60,558 bases of DNA from positions 1-60,558 of the forward strand of contig CAZSRQ010000001.1 in the NCBI GenBank assembly GCA_964609335.1. The letters run 5' to 3'. The stretch comes from an uncultured Pseudomonadota bacterium. Lineage in GTDB: Bacteria; UBA10199; JADFYH01. Positions 47,635-55,158 of this stretch are shown here, piece by piece. Positions within the stretch are counted from its first letter, which is position 1; each line of letters begins with the position of its first letter. The notes beneath the pieces were generated by a model. The model did no database searches. It was not told the origin of the DNA and saw only the letters and a list, made by a program, of their open reading frames with translations. The position numbers were made by a program, and so were the translations under genes.

Positions 47635-48069
47635 ACAAACAGTCTTATCTCCCTTCCAATCCCAAATGAGATCGGACTCTCCTTAGGATTAGGAGGAGAA
47701 ATTGGAAAACGGTCGATTGAAAAAGGGAGTGTTGTTCTACTTCCTTTCGCTGCGAGCCTTTGGGGGCGCTTGCAGGTTTTGGGAAATCTTCCTCAGCCAA
47801 TCGGGTTCCAATTTGCTTTAAGAATCAACAGTTGCCAATACCTCTCTGGACTTCGCCTAAGTTTCTGCGAAGGGGTAGAGGGGACCATCTCTCTTTCACT
47901 TCAACAATCTTTGGAAAATGGTTCTATTGATATGAAGAACTTTTGGGGAATAAACCCTTTTGTAAGGACCGCTTTTCACCCAACTCATTTGTTGTCTCGA
48001 TTTTTTTTGGAGTCTTCGTATGATGTCTTGAATAGAAAAGTTTCATTACAGCTTGGATTTGCACGTTAA
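47635..48069 (+). other. 145-codon open frame continuing in frame directly after the TAA of the 644-aa ORF
   Basis: 45700 and 47770 are in the same phase. Hand translation of 47635-47769 shows no stop, so a single TAA (47632-47634) separates 644 and 145 codons. The track lists only its TTG-initiated part (47770-48069). Confidence 0.45.
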
Positions 48070-48158
48070 GTATAAAAGAATAGATAGAGAAATTCTAAGA
48101 GTTCAAGAATATCATCAAATTCCTATTCTGGTTCCTAAAGAATTTCTCAATAAATTTA

Positions 48159-48716
48159 CTAACCTTTCTTCCACTTAATCGAACATCCCATCGAAGTAAA
48201 CTGCGGTTCAGCCGGAGCCTGACCCTCAAGAATTGCAAGAATTGCATCCCTCAAATCGTGCTTTTTCACTTTGGAGGCATCTTTCCAGTTGTCATCGATT
48301 CTTCCATGATAGGCAAGTTTTCGATCCTGATCGTAGACATATATATCGGGGGTACAAACAGCATCATAAGCTTTGGCGACCTCTTGGGTATCATCGACGA
48401 GATAGGGAAAACCATACCCCTTCGCCAAGGCATGTTTTTTCAGGTTTTCAGGGGAATCTTCCGGATAATCGGTTGGATCATTGGCGCAGATTCCGATTAA
48501 TTGAACTGATTTACCTTCAAAATCTTTTCTTAACTGGGTGAGCCGATCTTCAATCGCCTGGACGTATGGACAATGAACACAGATGAATAGGATCACCAAA
48601 ACTTTTTTATCGGCGAAACTGGCGAGAGAATATTTTTGATGGTCGATGGCGTTGACGAGATTAAAATCAGTCGCTTTCGTGCCGAGCTCAATCGATTCAG
48701 AATTTAACAAAACCAT
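48159..48716 (-). CDS. thioredoxin-fold thiol-disulfide oxidoreductase (redoxin/AhpC-TSA-like)
   Basis: 185 aa. The VLVILFICVHCPYV CxxC motif sits in a thioredoxin-like context. Confidence 0.7.
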   Translation of the reverse strand: MVLLNSESIELGTKATDFNLVNAIDHQKYSLASFADKKVLVILFICVHCPYVQAIEDRLTQLRKDFEGKSVQLIGICANDPTDYPEDSPENLKKHALAKGYGFPYLVDDTQEVAKAYDAVCTPDIYVYDQDRKLAYHGRIDDNWKDASKVKKHDLRDAILAILEGQAPAEPQFTSMGCSIKWKKG

Positions 48717-48884
48717 ACATTCATCCTTTCATTTTAAGGTTTCACGTTGGCTTAACTTCCATTGTTTTTTTTTGCAATTTTTTTTTACCCCCTTCAACAC
48801 TATTTTTTGACATCTCTGCTCTCTTTTTTCGCCTGTTTTTACAGGCTTTGCGGGGAAAAGTCCACTTTTGGTAAGAGCAAAATC

Positions 48885-48900
48885 TGGCAAATTTTTTGCT
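48885..48900 (+). promoter_or_regulatory. sigma-54 (-24/-12) promoter
   Basis: TGGCAAATTTTTTGCT has canonical GG-N10-GC spacing. It lies 35 nt upstream of the 48935 ATG. A perfect palindrome GCCTGT-TTTT-ACAGGC sits at 48831-48846. Confidence 0.55.
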
Positions 48901-48934
48901 ACTCTGAAGGAAGAGATTTCATAAAGGAATTGAT

Positions 48935-49132
48935 ATGAAAAAATGGTTTTCAGATCTGGTTAAAATTGTTTTTTCGCTTCTGGGGATCTTTTTTTCGCAA
49001 GTGATTCCATCTCAGGGGACTTTTACCTCGCTGATCTGCCTCCTGACTCTTTTCGGACTTTCGACCCTGAAAAAGAGAAGGGTCGTCCCAATCGGCAAGA
49101 AAGAGGCACTGAAACAACTTAAATCGGTTTAA
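48935..49132 (+). CDS. small membrane protein (65 aa)
   Basis: Two hydrophobic segments and a basic tail. It directly follows the sigma-54 promoter. Confidence 0.4.
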   Translation: MKKWFSDLVKIVFSLLGIFFSQVIPSQGTFTSLICLLTLFGLSTLKKRRVVPIGKKEALKQLKSV

Positions 49133-49155
49133 AGCAGTTAAAAAACGACTTTCTT

Positions 49156-52074
49156 TTGCCTTCTCACCAAATTCCCTCTAGCCAAGACTCTTCTGTTTCG
49201 CTATTCTGCCAAGTCGCTATGGTTTTATCTCACAAAAAAGAAGATCGCTTTCCAATCGGCTCTGATACAGAAGAAGCGGAGGGGGTCGAGTTCGCCTACA
49301 AAATCGCCTTTCATCCGAGACAAGATGGGCTTTTTCTACGGGTAGTTTACAAGGATAAACTGATCAACCGGTTTGAAAAATTCGGCATCAATCTGGTGAA
49401 TCTGACCCAGGCATCCCCTGCAGTGCACGAGCTTGATTCTGCCCATCGCAGTTTTATCCAGCAAATTCTCCGTTTCGCAAAATTTGATACCGCGGAAGAG
49501 GCTTTTGTCATCCCCAAAAAACAGATCGCCTTTTTCTTGGCAAGACTTTCAAAGTTTTCGAAAGTCGATGCTTTTGAATCGTTTGATCCGATCCGTTTTT
49601 CGGCTGTTCCCTTGAATCCGGTGGTTCACCTGCTGAAAGAAACCTCCAATCAGATTGTTTTGCAGGCAAGTTTTGAAAATGAAGAAACGAAAAAACATTT
49701 TTCACTTTCAGAAGGTTTTCTCTTTCAGGGAAATCGCCCCTGGCTGTTTCATGAAAATGTTTTTTATCCGATCAAAAGTACTGCGGTAACTTCTTTATTG
49801 AATGACTTCAACTCTGAAGGGGTTCTAACCCTCACCGGTCATGAAGCAGCCGATTTTATCGAAAATATTCTACCCAACCTGTCAAAAAAATCCGAGCTGA
49901 TTACGCCTGAAAATTTTTATGTCCCCCAGATTTTCAAATCGACACCCGAGGTGAGCTATTCGATTTCAGAAGATGACATCAAAGACAAACTGATTCTCAA
50001 TATTCATTTCATTTATCGTGGACAGAAAGTTCCTCCAAGCCAGGGAGAATCTGATTTGCTGGTTGAATTAAAAGAGGATGGGAAAAATATCCTGATTCAG
50101 CGGGATCTTGTCTTCGAAAAACAGACCCTCGACCAGTTTTATGCCCAAGGTTTCAGAAGAGTCGCCTCCAATCAATTCGAAACCGGCGGAGAATCGGCTC
50201 TCGACTTCATTTCGGAAGAGCTTCCCCAATTGAAAAAACAGGCGAACCTGCAAGGAGATGATCATCTAAAACATTTCAAGGTTTTTTCAAATCTGGGAAA
50301 AAGCGAGCTGAAAGGAAACATCTCTTCCGTCGGAATGGACTGGTTTTCGGTGAATCTTGATTTCGAGATTGAGAAGATCAAGATCCCCTTTGAAATTATC
50401 CGGAACTTGATCCAGTCGGGAAAACGTTATCTGGCAGTTCCTGGAAAAGGTTTTGCAAAAATAAACCAGGATCAGATTCTTGATTTTGAAAAAAGGCTGG
50501 CAGAATTTGAAACCGAATTTGACGAAGAGGGAAAAATAAAACTTTCACAGTTTCATGCGCCGTATCTCGACAGCCTGATCAAAGTTGACTGGAGTCAGCA
50601 TGAAAGTCTGCAGAGTGCGATTCAGTCGTTAAAAACCGCTGAAAAAATTCCGAATTATCCGGCCCCGGCCCATTTAAGCGCGATTTTAAGAAATTATCAG
50701 CTTCACGGATTTGACTGGCTCAATTTCCTTCATGAACACCACTTTCATGGAATTTTGGCCGATGACATGGGGCTCGGAAAAACGATCCAGCTGCTCACTT
50801 TTCTGCAAAGCCAGAAAGATCGCGGAGAAAAAGGGGCAAGTCTCGTGATCGCACCCACTTCGGTTGTTTTTAACTGGCTGAGTGAGGCGAAGAAATTTAC
50901 TCCCGATCTGAAAGTTTTATTGCATGTCGATTCCCAAAGACAAAAAAACTTTTCCGAAATGGATCAGATGGATATGGTGATTACCAGTTATGCCATTTTC
51001 AGGAGAGATGCCGATCAATTGGCGAAAATCAAATGGGCAACGGTTGCGCTCGATGAGGCTCAGAATATAAAAAACTACCGGAGCAAAACTGCAATCCTGA
51101 TGAAAGAACTGAAATCGAGACAGCGATGGGCACTCACCGGAACTCCGCTTGAAAACAGGCTTTCCGAGTTATGGTCGATATTCAATTTTTTGATGCCCGG
51201 ATTTTTGGGAAGCTTCACCCACTTTCAACGAAAATATCAGCAGCCGATTGAGTTGCAACAAGAGGGGGAAGTGCTCGAACATCTGAGAAAAAGGATTTTT
51301 CCATTCGTTTTAAGACGATTGAAAGATGAAGTGGCGACGGAACTTCCACCGAAAACAGAAATCATCCACTATTCAGAGATGGAAGAGGATCAACGAAAAC
51401 TTTATCAAGAGATTCTTGCCGCCTGTCGAACCCAGATTTTTTCCCAGGTGGAAGAAGAGGGAATCGAGAAAAGCCAGATTTCAATCTTCACCGCTTTATT
51501 GCGTCTTCGCCAAGCCTGTTGTCATCCGCATCTGCTCGGACATCCTTTCAACAAAAAGAAAATTGAATCGGGGAAAATGAACGATTTTAAAGATCTGATT
51601 CTGGAGGTTTTGAGTGAAGGGCATCGAATACTTGTTTTCAGCCAGTTTGTCGAGATGCTCGGAATCATCCGCAAATGGTTCGAGGAACAAAATATTGTCT
51701 ATGAATATCTCGATGGACGAACCCGCAAACGGGAAGAAAAAATCAGCAACTTCCAAAACAACAAAAATGTTTCAGCCTTTTTGATCAGTTTGCGAGCCGG
51801 AGGAACCGGGCTGAATCTGACCGGTGCTGATTATGTGATTCATTATGATCCCTGGTGGAACCCGGCCGTGCAAGATCAGGCGACCGATCGGGCGCATCGA
51901 TTGGGCCAGCTTCAGCATGTTTTTTCCTACAAGCTCATCACCAAAGACAGTGTTGAAGAAAAAATTCTCGCCCTGCAAGAGAGAAAGAAAAGCCTGGCAC
52001 AGGGGGTTTTGAGAGCCGATTCTTCTCTGGGGAAAAAGCTGAGTATCGAAGATCTTGAATATTTGTTCTCTTAA
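49156..52074 (+). CDS. SNF2-family helicase with a long bacterial SNF2-associated N-terminal region
   Basis: LRNYQLHGFDWL, ILADDMGLGKTIQ, the DEAQNIKN (DEAH-like) motif, the LTGTPLENRL motif, and C-terminal helicase motifs LISLRAGGTGLNLTGADYVIHYDPWWNPAVQDQATDRAHRLGQ. The start is uncertain: TTG at 49156 or ATG at 49219. Confidence 0.85.
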   Translation: MPSHQIPSSQDSSVSLFCQVAMVLSHKKEDRFPIGSDTEEAEGVEFAYKIAFHPRQDGLFLRVVYKDKLINRFEKFGINLVNLTQASPAVHELDSAHRSFIQQILRFAKFDTAEEAFVIPKKQIAFFLARLSKFSKVDAFESFDPIRFSAVPLNPVVHLLKETSNQIVLQASFENEETKKHFSLSEGFLFQGNRPWLFHENVFYPIKSTAVTSLLNDFNSEGVLTLTGHEAADFIENILPNLSKKSELITPENFYVPQIFKSTPEVSYSISEDDIKDKLILNIHFIYRGQKVPPSQGESDLLVELKEDGKNILIQRDLVFEKQTLDQFYAQGFRRVASNQFETGGESALDFISEELPQLKKQANLQGDDHLKHFKVFSNLGKSELKGNISSVGMDWFSVNLDFEIEKIKIPFEIIRNLIQSGKRYLAVPGKGFAKINQDQILDFEKRLAEFETEFDEEGKIKLSQFHAPYLDSLIKVDWSQHESLQSAIQSLKTAEKIPNYPAPAHLSAILRNYQLHGFDWLNFLHEHHFHGILADDMGLGKTIQLLTFLQSQKDRGEKGASLVIAPTSVVFNWLSEAKKFTPDLKVLLHVDSQRQKNFSEMDQMDMVITSYAIFRRDADQLAKIKWATVALDEAQNIKNYRSKTAILMKELKSRQRWALTGTPLENRLSELWSIFNFLMPGFLGSFTHFQRKYQQPIELQQEGEVLEHLRKRIFPFVLRRLKDEVATELPPKTEIIHYSEMEEDQRKLYQEILAACRTQIFSQVEEEGIEKSQISIFTALLRLRQACCHPHLLGHPFNKKKIESGKMNDFKDLILEVLSEGHRILVFSQFVEMLGIIRKWFEEQNIVYEYLDGRTRKREEKISNFQNNKNVSAFLISLRAGGTGLNLTGADYVIHYDPWWNPAVQDQATDRAHRLGQLQHVFSYKLITKDSVEEKILALQERKKSLAQGVLRADSSLGKKLSIEDLEYLFS

Positions 52075-52078
52075 AACT

Positions 52079-52675
52079 TTATCTGATTCTGATAAAGTTT
52101 GAGAAAATTTTTCCACAGAGCTCTAACGGTTGCATCCTCAAACCAATGAGTCGGGTTATTTTGCCGCCAGCTTCCACAATCTTGGCAGGTCCAAAAAGAT
52201 AACAAATTCCCCCTCCGACAAGACAGGTGATCATTGTATTCACGAGCAGCTGATCTAAAAATTGAGTTTCCGGATTTGAAAGAGAAATGGGATGGATAAA
52301 AGGCAAAGAAAACAATTCTACCATTTTGGAGAACAAATCCGATTCCACTTTTTGGCGATTCGGCAACTCCAGACCATTCGGACGCATCAACTCCTGACAG
52401 CGAAGCTGATTTCCCCCCCTGATCACGAGATCCATGATTTCTGAAAACACAATTTTTGAAACGCTCTCTGCAGTTCGTGGAGTGAGTTGAGAAGGTGGAA
52501 CAAGAGTTGGAATTCTATTTGAAAAAAAGTCCCTGCATTTTTGCTCACTCACTTCACGAATATTGGAAGTCAACTGCGCCACTTCCCGATCCGAGGAGGC
52601 AAAAGGGAGACAAATCTCCAAGACCGATTTTGTCACCCCCTTCACACAAGCTGAAATAATTTCATCCAATGGCAT
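52079..52675 (-). CDS. hypothetical protein (198 aa) with one C-terminal hydrophobic segment
   Basis: Purine-rich GGGGGA lies ~9 nt upstream. The gene starts 24 nt after the stop of the 133-aa gene, so the two probably form an operon. No family recognised. Confidence 0.5.
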   Translation of the reverse strand: MPLDEIISACVKGVTKSVLEICLPFASSDREVAQLTSNIREVSEQKCRDFFSNRIPTLVPPSQLTPRTAESVSKIVFSEIMDLVIRGGNQLRCQELMRPNGLELPNRQKVESDLFSKMVELFSLPFIHPISLSNPETQFLDQLLVNTMITCLVGGGICYLFGPAKIVEAGGKITRLIGLRMQPLELCGKIFSNFIRIR

Positions 52676-52699
52676 CTGGCTTTTCCCCCAAAGAATGTA

Positions 52700-53101
52700 T
52701 CAACAGGAACCGTCGGTACTCGAAGAATCATGAATCACAACATTTCCACATGTTTTCGTAATGGTACATTCACAAGTAGTTTCTGTCGTACTATGGGCTT
52801 TACCTTCTGAATCGTAGGTTGTTTTGGTCGTGGTCATTGTCCTGCAATTTTTTGTCTCGCTCCAGGTACATTCGTCATCCAATGGGATCGGCGAATGATA
52901 AGAATCCTCTGCCGGTTTTGGTTTTTCGGCTGTTCTTCCCCGGATTTCCCCTTTTAAAAGAGATTGAAATTTTGTCTCGTCTGTTCTGTGTATGAAAGAG
53001 GCCTGCGGTTCCTCACACTTCAAACCAACTGAAATAGGATCCGAAACAACGGACGAACAAACGGCTCCATCAAATTGAATTGCTTTTGCTCCCTCAAGCA
53101 T
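52700..53101 (-). CDS. hypothetical 133-aa protein with a Thr/Cys/Ser-rich C-terminal third
   Basis: AAGGGGAG RBS 5 nt upstream and no signal peptide. The C-terminus is DDECTWSETKNCRTMTTTKTTYDSEGKAHSTTETTCECTITKTCGNVVIHDSSSTDGSC. Confidence 0.55.
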   Translation of the reverse strand: MLEGAKAIQFDGAVCSSVVSDPISVGLKCEEPQASFIHRTDETKFQSLLKGEIRGRTAEKPKPAEDSYHSPIPLDDECTWSETKNCRTMTTTKTTYDSEGKAHSTTETTCECTITKTCGNVVIHDSSSTDGSC

Positions 53102-53238
53102 CGCTTCTCCCCTTTTTTGAAATTGTGGTTATTATTTCATAGATTCCTTTTTTAAATCGACTCATTCCTTCAATAAATCATTCGTTTCTCCAAATTTGAA
53201 GTTGCTAAATTTTCAGAATTTATTTTTACTGATTTTCT

Positions 53239-54627
53239 ATGAATCTTCCCATTCCCTATCTCGAATCCCATTTTGATCGTTTTCTCCAAGAACTGGTTCA
53301 GCTCTCGAAAATCCCCAGCGTCAGTTTTCCGGGATATCCTCCGGAAGCATTGGAGCAATCAGCCGAATGGACCGCAAAAAGAATGAAAGAGGTCGGACTT
53401 GAAAATGTTGAAATATTGCGTATTCCCGGAGCCCACCCCTATATTTATGGGGATTGGTTGCATGCCGAAGAAAAACCGATCGTCCTTTTATATGGTCATC
53501 ACGATGTTCAACCTCCCGGAAGATCCGACTATTGGAAAAACGCTCCCTTCGAACCAACCTTGAGGGAAGACAACCGGCTTTATGGACGCGGAGTGGTCGA
53601 CGACAAAGCAGGAGTTTTATTGCATCTCAACGCGATCGAGGCTTATCTGAAAACAGCGGGAAAACTTCCACTCAATGTCCGTTTCATAGTCGAAGGAGAA
53701 GAAGAAACCGGCAGCGAACATTTGGGAGTTTTCTTGAATCAGTATAAAAATAAGCTGAAATCCGATGTCATGGTATTAACTGACACTGGAAATTTGGAGG
53801 AGGGGCTCCCCTCGATTACCTACCGCTTGAGAGGAATTGTCGACGCGATTGTAGAGGTGAGAACGTTGGATCATCCGGTCCATAGCGGGATGTGGGGTGG
53901 GCCGGTCGTCGATGCGGTCACGGTTTTAAACAAGATTTTATCCCGACTCACAAATCAAGATGGGACGATTGCGATCCCGAATTTTTATGAGGATGTTCCC
54001 AAACCCGACTTACACGAAAAAGCTCTTTTGGAAAAACTTCCCTTAGATGAAAAAAGATTTCGGAAAGAACTTCAATCGGTCGATTCTTTGGAATGGATCG
54101 GAAATCGACAACTCTCTTTATACGAAAAAATCTGGTGTTATCCTTCGATCAATATTTTGGGAATCGATGCCCCCTCAGTTGAAAAAACAAGCAACCAGAT
54201 CGTTGAATTCGCCCGGGCAAAAGTCTCGATTCGAATCGTCGCCGGACAAAATCCGAAAAAATGTTTGACGCAACTTTGTCATTTTTTGACGCAAAATCCA
54301 CCTTTTGGAGCGGAGGTAAAAGTGATTGAAGGAGCGGCGGGTGAACCTTGGCGGGTCGAACCGAAAGGAGCCGCTTTTGACGCAGCTTCCAGAGCCCTGG
54401 AAAAAGGATTTGAAAGAGAGGCTGTCTTTATCGGTTGTGGTGCCTCGATCCCTTTTGTGAAACCTTTCACTGAAACGTTTGGAAATATTCCTGCACTACT
54501 GATTGGCATTGAAGATCCGATCTGCAACGCCCATGGAGAAAACGAGAGCTTGTCGATTTCGGATTGGAAAAAAGGGATGAAAGCGGCGGTTTATTTGTAT
54601 GAGGAGTTGGGCAAATTGCGCAGATAA
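53239..54627 (+). CDS. M20-family metallopeptidase/dipeptidase
   Basis: 462 aa. LLYGHHDVQPPG, GRGVVDDKAG and EGEEETGS are M20/M25/M40 motifs. Confidence 0.8.
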   Translation: MNLPIPYLESHFDRFLQELVQLSKIPSVSFPGYPPEALEQSAEWTAKRMKEVGLENVEILRIPGAHPYIYGDWLHAEEKPIVLLYGHHDVQPPGRSDYWKNAPFEPTLREDNRLYGRGVVDDKAGVLLHLNAIEAYLKTAGKLPLNVRFIVEGEEETGSEHLGVFLNQYKNKLKSDVMVLTDTGNLEEGLPSITYRLRGIVDAIVEVRTLDHPVHSGMWGGPVVDAVTVLNKILSRLTNQDGTIAIPNFYEDVPKPDLHEKALLEKLPLDEKRFRKELQSVDSLEWIGNRQLSLYEKIWCYPSINILGIDAPSVEKTSNQIVEFARAKVSIRIVAGQNPKKCLTQLCHFLTQNPPFGAEVKVIEGAAGEPWRVEPKGAAFDAASRALEKGFEREAVFIGCGASIPFVKPFTETFGNIPALLIGIEDPICNAHGENESLSISDWKKGMKAAVYLYEELGKLRR

Positions 54628-54664
54628 AACTCTCCACCGCTTTCACACATTCACTTCACCGGTA

Positions 54665-55075
54665 TCACTTTTTCCCTTTTATCAACTCCGCCGCTTTTTT
54701 CACTCCCTGCGGATTAAAACGAAGATCTCTCGCCAAACTCGAATTCTGGATCGATCGCGGATCTATTTTTCCACCCTGAACAGGAATTCTGGACTCTACA
54801 ATCGAACCTGTTCCATCTTTTAGAACCTTCAGTTGCCTTTCAATGATCGTGTAATCCCTGTCTTCGGGATTATCTTTATCCTGAAAAATTGTTTTGACAA
54901 ACAGGAGCGATCCATCGTCGTACGCGGTTGCGGAAGCGCTGGAGTAATCTTTGCAGATATTCTCTTTTTTGAGAGGATATCGCTGATCTTTTATCTGATC
55001 GGCTATTTCTTTCAATGTAGAGCCCTGATCTGCATCACAAAGTTTGACAAACCCGATCGCTTTTGAACCTTCCAT
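54665..55075 (-). CDS. hypothetical protein (136 aa)
   Basis: Start moved to MEGSKAIGFVKL (55075), which has AAGGAG 7 nt upstream. The track's TTG start at 55162 would overlap the MscK stop. No family recognised. Confidence 0.5.
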   Translation of the reverse strand: MEGSKAIGFVKLCDADQGSTLKEIADQIKDQRYPLKKENICKDYSSASATAYDDGSLLFVKTIFQDKDNPEDRDYTIIERQLKVLKDGTGSIVESRIPVQGGKIDPRSIQNSSLARDLRFNPQGVKKAAELIKGKK

Positions 55076-55158
55076 ATGGATCTCCTTTTTGAATGATTTG
55101 AAATGATTTGACTTGAAGGTGATCTCGCGGAGACTTGAAAATAGTTGCTCAAATAAAA

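Noticed and set aside
47635-48158. A structured ncRNA (RNase P, tmRNA, 6S or SRP) in the 524-nt convergent intergenic region.
   Set aside because: No conserved RNase P, tmRNA or SRP sequence blocks are recognisable. The region is better explained by the in-frame open reading frame continuing from the upstream gene.
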